Of a stretch of 64,000 nt of DNA, positions 47,138 through 59,103 are shown piece by piece. This DNA is from Ascoidea asiatica JCM 7603. Lineage: Eukaryota; Fungi; Ascomycota. Every line of letters starts with the position of its first letter. Positions within the stretch are counted from its first letter, which is position 1. The stretch is taken from contig BCKQ01000003.1 of the NCBI GenBank assembly GCA_001600695.1, positions 122,083-186,082 of the forward strand, in the 5' to 3' direction. Under the pieces are notes generated by a model. It was not told where the DNA came from. It made no database searches and saw only the letters and a list, made by a program, of their open reading frames with translations. The translations under genes were made by a program, and so were the position numbers.

Positions 47138-48424
47138 TTATTTAAATAATTTTTCAAGTGAGACTGCACCATCATTATTTTTAGCCATGACTTTAGCTAC
47201 AGCCAATTCGAAATCTTCTTGAGTTACATGAATCCTTCTTTCTCTTAAAGCGTACATACCAGCTTCAGTACAAACACCTTTAACGTCAGCACCTGAGCAA
47301 CCATTCATTTTTTCAGCAATTTTTTTCAAATTAATACCTCTTGTTAAATTCATTGATCTTGAATGAATTTTTAAAATATCTGTTCTTGCAGTTACATTTG
47401 GAGGAGGGAATTCTATTTTTCTATCAATTCTACCGGGTCTTAATAAAGCAGGATCTAATATATCTAATCTATTTGTGGCCATTATAATTTTAATATTTTT
47501 TGAAGATTCGAAACCATCCAATTGATTTAATAATTCCAACATTGTTCTTTGAACTTCAGAATCTCCACCACTATTACCTTCAACTCTTGAAGAACCAATT
47601 GAATCAATTTCATCCATAAATATAATTGAAGGGGCATGTTCTCTTGCCATTACAAATAATTCTCTAACCATTCTTGAACCTTCACCGATATATTTTTGAA
47701 CTAATTCACTTCCAGAAACTCTAATAAATTTACATTCAGTATGATGAGCAACAGCTCTTGCTAATAAAGTTTTTCCAGTTCCTGGAGGACCATATAATAT
47801 AACACCTTTAGGTTGAGCAATACCTAAACTTTCAAATAATTCAGGATGTTTTACAGGTAATTCAATAACTTCTTTGATTTCTTTGATTTGTTTATCTAAA
47901 CCACCTACCATATCATAAGTTGAATCAGGAACTTTTTCAACCATCATTAAACTCACTAAAGGATCAACTTTATTTGGTAAAATTTCATGTAAATCATAAG
48001 TATCAGATCTTAAACAAACTCTTAAATTAGGAGTTAATTTTTTAATATCAATATTTGAAGTAATATTGACAATATATTTACCTTCAGTATTTATTTTAAC
48101 TAGAACTTTTTTTTTCCCCATAACTTTAATAACTTCAGCAACATAAGAAGCTGGATCTTGTAATAATTTTAATTCGTCTTTTAAAGATCTAACTTTTGAA
48201 TTTAATTTATTTCTTTGAGCTTCTAATCTTCTTAAATTCTGAGTTCTTTCACTTATTTCAATTTGAGTATCTTGAATTTTTTGTTCAAAAAAAGGTTTAA
48301 TACCACTTTGATGAATTATTTTATTATCAAATTCCGATGTTGATGATGTTAATGGAGTTTGAGTTGTAGATGAAGAACTAACTTGGGAAGAAGATTGAAT
48401 TACTGAAGATTCAACAGACGCCAT
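47138..48424 (-). CDS. RPT6: 26S proteasome AAA-ATPase Rpt6
   Basis: [62 protein letters not shown]. Confidence 0.98.
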   Translation of the reverse strand: MASVESSVIQSSSQVSSSSTTQTPLTSSTSEFDNKIIHQSGIKPFFEQKIQDTQIEISERTQNLRRLEAQRNKLNSKVRSLKDELKLLQDPASYVAEVIKVMGKKKVLVKINTEGKYIVNITSNIDIKKLTPNLRVCLRSDTYDLHEILPNKVDPLVSLMMVEKVPDSTYDMVGGLDKQIKEIKEVIELPVKHPELFESLGIAQPKGVILYGPPGTGKTLLARAVAHHTECKFIRVSGSELVQKYIGEGSRMVRELFVMAREHAPSIIFMDEIDSIGSSRVEGNSGGDSEVQRTMLELLNQLDGFESSKNIKIIMATNRLDILDPALLRPGRIDRKIEFPPPNVTARTDILKIHSRSMNLTRGINLKKIAEKMNGCSGADVKGVCTEAGMYALRERRIHVTQEDFELAVAKVMAKNNDGAVSLEKLFK

Positions 48425-48588
48425 TTTTGATTGGATTATAATTGGTATAATAATTATTAGTTTATGTGCTTGTTTTAAAAAATCAATTCCAGTTAATTCA
48501 GTTGATAATCTTTATTATTTCACACTTTTCCTTTTTACTTAATTCATTGTTTCTATTGATCTTGATTATTTCATTGATGTTTCTTGAA

Positions 48589-48597
48589 TTTGCCATC
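48589..48597 (-). promoter_or_regulatory. Rpn4/PACE-like element upstream of RPT6
   Basis: GATGGCAAA on the minus strand, one mismatch to GGTGGCAAA, about 165 bp before the RPT6 ATG. Confidence 0.4.
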
Positions 48598-49941
48598 CAT
48601 TTGATAGTTCTGTTCTTCACCGGTCCAGGCGCATCCTCCAACGGAAACCAGCCAGGAAGCCAAATCCTTGAAAAAATATAAATCCATATTTACGGCACGT
48701 GTATCAATTAGATATTTTTAAAATTATAAATTTTTCTTTTTTTGTTCGTTCGAAAAAAGTTGAGACGGATGTGATAGATTTGGAAACGTAAAGTAAATTG
48801 AATAAATAAATAAACAATAGAGATATAACAACGAGTGGAAAATAATATCACTAGTACCTCAGTTTAAAAAGTAATAAGAACAATATACTCAAGGTCGAAA
48901 ATTAGAACTACAAATTTACACATTTTAAGAGCTAGTTACTTCAGTTGATTATTTATTCATTTGAATTTAAAAAAATACTAAAAAAAGAAGACAAAAAAAA
49001 AAAAACTAAGAGAAATACATAAAACAAAAGGTACCATATTCTTAAAGAATCATTTAAGAATTCAAAGAACTTTCCGGAAAACAATTGAAAACTATTTGAA
49101 TGTGGTTAGTATAATGTACTATATTGCAAAATGAATTGAATGTAAACCTTTTTTATGTAATTTAATCAGAGATGAGCAAAGCTCTTGGATTTGATACTCA
49201 TGGAATAGGGTCTTAAGCTACCTAGTAAACACGGACCAATTTAGTCATCATTTAGAAAATACATTTAGGCAAAAAAGCATATAGCAAGAAAGTAACTTAC
49301 TTACAATTTCAAGGAAGTTAGAAAACTAAAATACTATTTCAAAACTATTTAAAACTATAGCAATTGAATAAAGTTAGTGATTCGTTATTAAATGATATTT
49401 TTATTAATTTTGACAATAATCGAAAGATAATGAATGATATTTATAAAATTTGAGTAATTATAATTATATCAGCAAAGGCAAAATATTATCCTCTTAAGTA
49501 AACTTCGGATCAGGTCTGTGAAATTTGTCTTCATCATATTATAATTATAATATTACCATATCAATAAATTATCATCACTATCATTAGTTCATACGAATTA
49601 CATTAATCCAAAAACAACATACATTTTCATTTCCAATTACAGGTATTCGCAAGTTAAATCATTGGATTTAATTGCTAAACTGGATGATAAAATAAATTTT
49701 GATTCTTTATTATTACATTAATTCAGTCGCTTTAAATATGAAAATGAATCTGAAAGAAAAGATGAAAAGTTGAGTAAATGAAAAGTAAAACACGTTCACC
49801 AAAGAAAAGTTTTTTAGGTCTTCTTCAATGAATAATATTAGAAATTACCCGGAACAAAGACTTTAATTGCTTAGGTAAGCTGTTACATAATAAGGTAAGA
49901 GCAAGGTATGATTTGAAAAGTAAGAAAAGAAACAAGAATTG

Positions 49942-50041
49942 CTCCCGGTGGCCAAGCTGGCTAAGGCGCGAGACTGTAATGTTTCACTTTGTGAGAATCA
50001 AAGTAATCTTGAGATCGGGTGTTCGACTCACCCCCGGGAGA
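49942..50041 (+). tRNA. tRNA-Tyr(GUA) with 26-nt intron (49980-50005)
   Basis: Acceptor stem CTCCCGG/CCGGGAG, anticodon arm CGAGA-CT-GTA-A[intron]A-TCTTG, GTTCGACTC B box, T-run terminator. Confidence 0.95.
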
Positions 50042-50172
50042 TTTCTTTTTTTTCTTCAAATTGTTTTTTTTTTAATTAGCATTTAACTTACTAAAAATAA
50101 AGTTACTCAATTAACGTTTCGTCTACAGATAGATTAAACACTGATAAAAAAATGATTCAATTAATAAACTAT

Positions 50173-52369
50173 TTAGTAACTTAGAAGTCTTCTATGATTT
50201 TGACGATAAACTAGATTCTCTTTCATCAAATGTGTTAGATACTTATTCCAAATAGAATCGCTCTGAAGAACATTTTCATTTCCAATTACAAATAATCCAA
50301 TTTTGGCTCTTGTAAGTGCAACATTCAATCTCCTTTCATCACCAAGGAATCCAATATTTACATTAAATTATTTCTAACACAAGAAAAAATAATATAATTC
50401 TTTTCTCTTCCTTGAAAAGCATCAATTGAAGATATTTCAACCCCTCTAACATTTCTAATTGTAGGAACAGTTTTAACAACATTAAACAGATACTCACTTT
50501 GTTTATAAGAGGATATCATTCTTAAGCTAGGGTCTCTCCAGTTCGATATTGAATCTACCAGCATCCAACTTCTAAATTTATCTTTTGAGCTCGAATTTCT
50601 TAAATTAAGATTTCTTTGAAAATTGGATGTTAAACTCAGAACATCATAATCTTCGTCAGACAGATTTTCGGACAGATTTGATGATTCAAATCCATAAAAA
50701 TCATTCAACATTGTTTCAATTGTATCTCCAATTAACTCTCTTTGCCCAGAATACGGGGTAATTATACCTATGTCCTTTAGATTGATTTTTTTTTTCTCAA
50801 TTAAATTTTTCAAAATATCTGAACAAATATCAGCTTCAACTTCATTTTCATATGTAGGTTTATTTCTTCTAGTCTTATGATCAAATAATGATACCTTATT
50901 TTCAAATTTATCATGATGTACAAAAATTGATTGAGAATCAATACCCAACCATGGAAATTGAGGTTTTGAATCTAATCTATTCAATTCATTAACACCATCA
51001 AATAATTTTCCATTATAAAATACATTCCTAGGAAATTTACTTATTGAAGGATGCATTCTATATTGAAATTTAACATTAACATATCATTTTTATTCAATTT
51101 TAATAACCTCTCAAAAAATGATAATTTTAATTCTTCTGGACCTCCTTGGGAAACAAAAGGCCCAAGTTGCGTGGGATCACCAACAAGAATTAATTTAAAT
51201 AAATCTAATGAGCTTAATGTTGACAAAGGTATCATTAATTCACATTCTTTAACTTGTGTGGCTTCATCAATTAATATATAATCAAAGTGCAAGTTATCAA
51301 TTATCGTAGATGCTCCACATGCAACAGTTGTACAACATATAATATTATATTGATTGAGTATTGATTTTTTGATTGAATTGCTTTGGTTAATTATTTTAGT
51401 AATATGTTCTTTATCTTCAATATTGTTTCTGATTGATTTATTATATTTTTCTTTCTGTGATGAATCAAATAAATCATATATCTTTGTGTGTAAGCACAAA
51501 TTAACTATTTCCTTTCTTGATTTTTTCTCTTTATAACAATCATAATCTAAAAACTTGGAACTTGCAACAATCCTTAAGACCTTTAAGCCTTTTTTTGCTA
51601 ATTTCAAAGCAAGATTATCAACAGCAACATTAGAGCCTGCAGATATTAAAAACTTTTTATTAGGATTTTCATTAAATAATCTACCTATAATATCCACTGA
51701 TGTAGTTGTTTTCCCAGTTCCAGGAGGTCCTTGTATAAAAGTAACATAATTAATCAACGATTTTTCAATTGCATTAATTTGACTATTATTTAATTTTTCA
51801 TTGTTTTGATATAATTCAGTATTGAAACTTTTTTCATGAGAATCATTTTTTAAATAATTATTATCAATTAATTTTCCAGTTATCAATAATTCTATTAACC
51901 TTGAAGTATAATTACAAGAATTAGATCTTTGATATAAAGAATGGGTAGCTTTAGCAACTCTTAAAAGAATAGGATCTGGAAATATTAATACAAAACCTTT
52001 TTTAAAAATTAATTTTTCAGTGGAAGTTGGCTTTTCAGATAAATTACTTCTTGAAGTTTCAAGGTAAATCTGCCATTTAAGCATATCTCTTTCTTCCGAG
52101 CAACGATCAATTTTCAACCAATAACAGCTTTTATTCTTTTCATTATATAAAATCAAAAACGAATCTTGGAGAATAGAGCGTATATTAAAACCATTGAACA
52201 TACGTTTAATCTTAGATATTTCTAACTTATCCAGAATTTTTATTTCTATATTGGTAGAAGTAAAGTCTTCACTAAGTTGAAAGTTTTCTATTTTTTTTGA
52301 GGTTTGGTGGTTCTCTAAAAAAGAATTTTTCAATTGAGCATTAAGATAAGATCGAAATTTTTCTTTCAT
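50173..52369 (-). pseudogene. ECM32: UPF1-like SF1 helicase (Ecm32/Mtt1-like) split over three frames by two -1 shifts; pseudogene, recoded gene or assembly error
   Basis: Frame 1: [31 protein letters not shown]. Frame 2: QYRMHP, IGIITPYSGQ, IDAFQGREK, FSCVRNN. Frame 3 (not in the track): NIGFLGDERRLNVALTRAK...LLSY, stop at 50175-50173. The reconstructed protein is 732 aa. The SCVRNN motif and the long insertion before motif V suggest Ecm32. Confidence 0.8.
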
Positions 52370-53490
52370 TTTTCTAATAAATTTTATTTGTTTTATTTAA
52401 TTTTATGGAATGATTAGAAGTTAATTATCGAAAGAAAGATAAAAATACAACGACTTTTATATAAGAAAAAAAAGATATAAGAAAATTTGTAATAAAATTT
52501 AAATCTTCTGAATTGTTAAACCCCTTTGAAGCCATGCTTAGAGATACTATAATTAAAAAGTCAGTAAGAAAATGAATAAATTAAAAGTTTCCTCTTTCGA
52601 ACTTACATGATTTTTTTCACTTTTTTAAGATGATGGATGAGAAACAAAAAAAATATTCTAGAATATTCTTAACTTGACACTTTTAATGTATTTTTAAAAT
52701 ATTATATATTTTTTCAAAAAGGGATAATTCATGAATATCTTAAATAATTGAATCTATATTGATTCTAAGATTGGAAATGGATTATTTAAGAATTAATCAA
52801 TTTTAAGATATATTAAATTTAAAGGAGTGCTTTGATCTAAATTAGTTTTATTATTTCTCTTGACTTCTCATTTGAAGGTTTCTGTAAAATTTTCATATAT
52901 CTTGAATTAGTAACTACTAAATCATTTTTGTAGGCACTTAATGACCTTCAAGAGGTTTGTTAAGTGAATTTGACAATACCTTATTTTTCTTAAAAAACAT
53001 TTCAGAATAAAATAGTGGAGTCTCAAGTAAATACTGTATTTATTCACTTTATTTTTTAATAATATTTCTTAATTCAGCCAAATTTTCAAAACCATTTTTT
53101 GGACTTTATTGAAAATCTAGGTTTAAATTCCCTGAGAATTTTCAATAAGACACAAAAAATAGCTTTTAGTGTTTCTACAAACACGAACAGGAACTGTATG
53201 CGTTCGAATTTATATGAACAACATTTATTTGTTTTTTCTCTCTAATCTATTTTTTAAAATTCTTTTTCTCCACAGCAGTGACAGTTTCGAAAGTATTTGA
53301 TGTCAAAGTGGTTTAACTGTACAACTTATAATTTTAAACACTTTTAATCTGCTTGATCTAGAAACAATAACAACAAATGTTGTCAGCAAGAACAAAAACC
53401 TATTTCCGCTCTTGAATTCATCTCAAGATAACAATGGATGTTGGATCTCTAAAACAGGCCAGTCGGAGTTCTCCGTCTTCGGATAAATAG

Positions 53491-53932
53491 CACGTGCTCA
53501 GATGTCAAAGGCTGCTTTTTCCGGCATGTGACTTTTTTGGTTTCCGCTTTTAAGCTTTGTTTTTCCGAATTGCCGCTGGGTGCAGAACCAAATCAAAAAC
53601 TGTAAGTGAAATTGAAAAAGGAAACACAAAACACAAAACACAAAAAATGCTGGTGCAAAATATGTCTGAGGAAAAAGGTGAGTGATCAGCCATAGGTTTT
53701 TTTTTTGATTCAACTGCTTTTCTATCCATGTTCAGATAATAAATGTAACAAATTAGCCTGAGTTAATGTAACCCAACTACTATGTTCTTAAGATGTTTTT
53801 TTTTCGGAAACCAATTTTTCCTATCTTTTAAATAGCTTTTCATTATTAGTAATATTTAGTGCATCAGTATCCTTTGAAGTTTTTGGTTTTCTTTCTAAAA
53901 TTTCAGTTTATAAACGGTCCAGTGCCCACGTT
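53491..53932. promoter_or_regulatory. Candidate Pho4 sites upstream of GIT1
   Basis: CACGTG at 53491-53496 and CACGTT at 53927-53932. GIT1 is a PHO-regulon gene in other yeasts. Confidence 0.35.
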
Positions 53933-54591
53933 TCTTTAAAAAAAGCTTGAACTTCAAACCATATTACAAAAGAATCCCAAATTGAAAGAAGAGATTAGAG
54001 GAATTTTATTTATCCACCAACTATGCATGCTAAATCAAGCTACCCAATTCTGTATTTTAAGTAATTCTCAAAAAACTTCAAATCCTATCTTTCTTTAGGG
54101 AAAATGAGAGATCAAAAAGCTATAATTTACATATAACTCTTCATATTTTGCAACCTATTTGGCTAAATTTATGGCATGTGGGCAACCTTAGTTTTTAGAA
54201 TTCTATTTAATTCTGATTTTATTCATTTTAATATATATCTGAGGGACGATATTAACTAACTTATTCGGAAAATGCTTTAATTTTAAAATGAAAATTTTTT
54301 TAATCAAAAACCGTTTAAATAAAGTTTCCAAAAATAAGTAATAATTAAATAAAAAAAATTAAAAAAAAAATGTGGAAAATAGCTACAACAAAAATCCAAA
54401 GGAAAAATCAATATGCTTCATCTTATTATATGAAAATCTATAGCCAGTTTCTTTTGAAAAGAACGATAAAAATTTACCAAATAATATAAATTTAAATGGA
54501 ATTCCCATGATTTCTAATTTTCATTATCAAAACTATAAGAATAATACAATAACATAATTATTACTTTTCACTTTACTTTAATACTAATAAA

Positions 54592-56128
54592 ATGGATTCT
54601 AAAGCACCAATTGAAGTAGTTAATATCCAGAAAAATCCATCCTCAGTGGATGAATCAAAGGATACTAATTCTTCAAATATAGATATTACCGAAGATAGTA
54701 CTATAACATATGATGAAGAAGAACGTAAAGAAAGATATTTGAAAAAAAAATCTTTATCAGATATTTTAACAATTATTTGTGCTGGTGCTGCTTTAATTAG
54801 TGATGGTTATCAAAATAATACAATGAATATGTTAAATTCAGTTTTTACGGCTGAATTTCCAAAAATTTTTGATGCAACTTTAAAAACGAGACTTTCAAAT
54901 TCTCTTTTAATTGGTGAAATTTTAGGTCAAATTACTGTTGGTTTAACTTGTGATTATTATGGTAGAAAATGGGCAATTGTTGCAACTACTTTATTAATTG
55001 TATTAGGTGCTATTTTATGTACTGCAGCCCATGGAACTACTACTCTTGGTATGTTTTGGATGTTAATTGTTTCAAGAGGAATTACTGGATTTGGTGTAGG
55101 TGGTGAATATCCTGCTTCTTCAACTGCTGCATCTGAAGCTGCAAATGAAACAACAAAAAGACGTGGAGGTATTTTTGTACTTGTTACAAATTTGCCACTT
55201 TCTCTTGGTGGACCTTTTGCAATTATTGTTTTTTTAATTGTTTATTCTGCTTGTGGTTCTAATAATAAACATTTAGAAACTGTATGGAGAGTATGCTTTG
55301 GTTTAGGAATTGTTTGGCCATTATCGGTTTTTTATTTTAGATGGAAAATGGCAACTTCAGTTTTATATAAAAAGGGGGCGATTAAAAGAAATGTTCCATA
55401 TGTATATAGTTAAGTATTATTGAAGAAGATTGATTGGTACATGTGCTTGTTGGTTTATTTATGATTTTGTAACTTTTCCAAATAGTATTTTTTCTTCAAC
55501 TATTATTTCATCAGTTTTAGGTAAAAATACAACAATCAAAAAAACTGCAGAATGGAATTTATTATTAGGTATAATTTGTATTCCTGGTTTACTTGTTGGT
55601 GCATGGACAGTTGATAAAATTGGTAGAAAATATACAATGATTATTGGATTTTTAGGATATCTTGTTATTGGATTGATTATTGGTTGTGCATATGATCAAA
55701 TTCGTAAAATAGTTCCATTATTTATTGTATTTTATGGTCTTTTTAATGGATTTGGTAATTTAGGTCCTGGTAATACTTTAGGATTAACATCAAGTGAATG
55801 TTTTGCAACTCCATTACGTGGAACATTTTATGGATTATCAGCAGCTCTTGGTAAAACTGGAGCAGCCGTTGGAACTCAATGTTTTACACCAATTCAAAAT
55901 AATTTAGGTAAAAGATGGACCTTTATCATTGCTGCCATCTTAGGTTTGATCGGAGTAGTTATTGCTTGGTTCTGTATACCTCACTTAACAGAAGATGATT
56001 TAATGATGGAAGATATTAACTTTGAGAAATATTTAAGAGCCAATGGATGGACTGGTACTTTTGGTGAAGAAGAAAAAGATAACGTTGCGATTATTAAAAA
56101 AGATGTTGAAAAAGATATTAAAAAATAA
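54592..56128 (+). pseudogene. GIT1: Glycerophosphodiester permease (MFS, Git1-like) with a frameshift and a premature TGA
   Basis: CAGAALISDGYQNN, GVGGEYP, WFIYDFVTFPN. The frame changes near 55402-55406, and TGA at 55421-55423 replaces the conserved Trp of KYYWRRLIGTC. Confidence 0.85.
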
Positions 56129-57492
56129 TCAACTTCACTCTCTTTTTTTTGTTTTATATTTCATTATATTTTGAGTTGTTCAATCATTACTTTTATATAG
56201 TAATTCTTCTAATTTTTTTTCTAATCATACACTTTCTATTTTTCGATAGCTTTCCTGTTTGTCAATAGATATTTTGTATACATTCATAGATATTTTTTCT
56301 TGAATCTGAAGGTATAAAATTGTTTATCAATAGTCTCATTTTAGCCTATTTTATTCAACAACCATAAAAAATTGTAAGTTAATAAAAACCCCCGATATAA
56401 TCAATCGAAAAATGAATAATTGATATTTTAGTAGTGCTTTATTTCAAATTTATTCGCTGCTTTTGGCGTGTTTTTGTTTTTGCACTTAACACTAACCGAT
56501 TCCAGGAAAGTTGTAGCCGGCATGAAGTGAATCATTTTAATTCAATTAAATTTTGTAGTAATATCAACGAATCCCCAGAGTTAAGCAAAGTATTTTTGGA
56601 GTGGATTTTATCTGCTTTCATCACTTTTTTTCAGGTGGATAAATGAAAAAGATTTTCAAAAGACGTCATAAAAGTATGCTTTTACCTAATTTTTATGTAG
56701 TTTTCATTTGATTTATAAATGAAATTTTTGCCTATTACCAAAAGAAAGTGAGAAAGTGATTTTTAAAGGCAAAAAAGGGTTTAGTCCATTGATAATTTCT
56801 ACAAATAACTCCCGTTTCTGAATTACCTTTATTGGTGATTTAACAATGCATACTTGTGCAACAAGAACAAGACTGTCCTCAGATTTGTATTTTAGTACTA
56901 ATATACCCTTTTTATCAGGAGTTATGTTACATTTCTCTCTCTGACAAGATCTACATATACTCTAAATTTAAATAAATCCCATTCTTCTTAGGGAATAGTA
57001 ATATTCACCTCCAAAGGTCTGCTCACACCATTGAGATATTTTATTTAGGCAGCAGAAGCAAATGAAGGAAATTGAACTTCGTCAAACTTCAAAACAAACA
57101 GAAAAGCAAGTATTCACTTTTTCAAAATAATATTTGAAATACGAAGACAAAAACGACAAGATAGAAGAAGTGCGTTTCAGTTGTTGACGAAAAAAAGTTC
57201 ATAAAAAAAAGGAAAAAGAATATCAAGTCATGAACCAGAAATAGGAAAAAAAATCATCTCGAGACAGATTAAGTAATCCTAAATAGCCCTCGCTAGAATC
57301 TCAATCTGCAATTTCACTAAAACCACTTCATCCAAATCTTCAATAGACTTGTCATAATCAAACAATGACCATCTTAAAAGCCCATTTCTGCCATAAAATT
57401 AACGAGTTTGTTTTTTTTTTTTTTTTTGCTTGGTTTTTTACCAAGTTTTTTAAGTGCTCACTTTAAATTTTGTCGTTGTTACAGATTCAAGA

Positions 57493-57514
57493 TGCCAAGA
57501 CTTTGCCAAGACTT
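57493..57514 (+). promoter_or_regulatory. Tandem PacC/Rim101-type sites
   Basis: TGCCAAGACTT repeated head-to-tail, about 600 bp upstream of the pectate lyase ATG. Confidence 0.55.
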
Positions 57515-58101
57515 TCTAATAAAAGCATTGAATAAAACAAGACTTTTTGCCAATACAAATATTTTCTTTCTTTTATTTTCTCTTATTTCTCTGAATTTTG
57601 TTATTCCAAAGAGTTTCAAATGATGAAAATTCGATTAAATAATTTATTCATTCGCAAATCTGACAATACAATGAATTATTTGAGATGAATGCTTTGATAA
57701 TACTAATTTCTTGGAAACAATAGGCAAAATTCAATTCTCAAAAAATGAGATAATTATTAATTTGAAATGAATTTATGAATATTATTGATCTAGTTGGGAA
57801 CTCTACCACTGTACAACCATCGTTAGTATGTATTGAAGATAGAAGTTTAATTTCTTTAATGTAAAACTTCAAAAACTAAAAAACAAAAAAATTAGTACAA
57901 ATAGGTGTAGTTTTCCCTCAATTTTTCAGTGGATTTTGTGTTCTTTTTTTTTTATTTATTATTCAAAATTAATATATTATTTATTATATATATTTTAAAG
58001 TAATTAAACATAAAATCTCAGTTTTATTTTTAATTTCTATACTAGTCATTCCTTCAAACTATACAACTTTATTTCTCTTTATTTTTTAAATTAAAATCAA
58101 A

Positions 58102-59103
58102 ATGATTTTTACAACAATTGCAAAAGCATTATTTGCAACAATTATCACTTCAAGTGTTATGACAAGTGCAATTCCAATTGATGGTGAAGAAGCTGAATTA
58201 GCTAAAAGATATCAACAAGAATTATTAGAAAAAAGAAGTGATGACACTGCTTTTGGATATGCCTCATTAAATGGTGGTACTACTGGTGGTTCTGGTGGAA
58301 CTACTGTTTCTGTTAGTACTTTAGCTGATTTAAAAACTTATGCCAAAAAATCAGGTAGTTATATTATTTATATTACTAAATCAATTTCTGGTGATGAAGC
58401 AGTTCCGGTTACTTCAGATAAAACCATTTTAGGTAAATCTTCAGGTATTACTTTAACTGGTGTTGGTTTAAGAGTTAAAGGTGCATCAAATGTTATTATC
58501 AGAAATTTAGCAATTGCCAAATGTTTAGCTCCCGTTGATGCAATTGCAGTTCAAAAATCAACTAATGTTTGGATTGATCACTGTGAAATGTCTTCTGATA
58601 CTAGTCATGGTAAAGATTACTATGATGGTTTAATGGATGTTACTCATGCTTGTGATTATGTTACCATTTCTAACTGTTATTTACATGATCATTACAAGGC
58701 CTCTTTAGTTGGTCATTCCGACAGTAACAGCTCTGAAGATACTGGACATTTAACTGTTACTTATGCTTATAATTATTTCAAAAACTTAAATTCAAGAGGT
58801 CCAAGTTTAAGATTCGGTACTGCACATATTTACAATAACTATTATAATAGTATGAGTGATTGTATTAATGTTAGAAAGGGTGCAACTGCTTTAGTTGAAA
58901 GTAACGTTTTTGTTGATGCTGATAAACCATTATACTCAGTTGATGGTACTGGATCAGCTTCTTCTTCAGGTAATGATTTCGGTGATGCTTCTGCTGATAT
59001 TGACTCAGCTAGTGTCAGCATGTCTTATTCATATACTTTGAAATCTTCTTCAGCTGTTGCAGCTTATGTTTCAAGTAATGCAGGTGCTAATTTATCATTT
59101 TAG
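58102..59103 (+). CDS. Secreted pectate lyase, polysaccharide lyase family 1
   Basis: Signal peptide, propeptide with two KR sites, GYASLNGGTTGGSGG, NVIIRNL, DAIAV, NVWIDHC, YYDGLMDV, RGPSLRFG (RxPxxR), HIYNNYY. Confidence 0.95.
   Translation: MIFTTIAKALFATIITSSVMTSAIPIDGEEAELAKRYQQELLEKRSDDTAFGYASLNGGTTGGSGGTTVSVSTLADLKTYAKKSGSYIIYITKSISGDEAVPVTSDKTILGKSSGITLTGVGLRVKGASNVIIRNLAIAKCLAPVDAIAVQKSTNVWIDHCEMSSDTSHGKDYYDGLMDVTHACDYVTISNCYLHDHYKASLVGHSDSNSSEDTGHLTVTYAYNYFKNLNSRGPSLRFGTAHIYNNYYNSMSDCINVRKGATALVESNVFVDADKPLYSVDGTGSASSSGNDFGDASADIDSASVSMSYSYTLKSSSAVAAYVSSNAGANLSF

Noticed and set aside
55402-55428. Micro-intron or A-to-I stop editing rescuing GIT1
   Set aside because: A GT..AG span of 24-27 nt has no branch point and would delete conserved residues. 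Editing TGA alone would not fix the frameshift.
4560-58101. LTR or DNA-transposon relics in the long intergenic regions
   Set aside because: No paired terminal repeats, TSDs or RT/integrase/transposase motifs were recognised.
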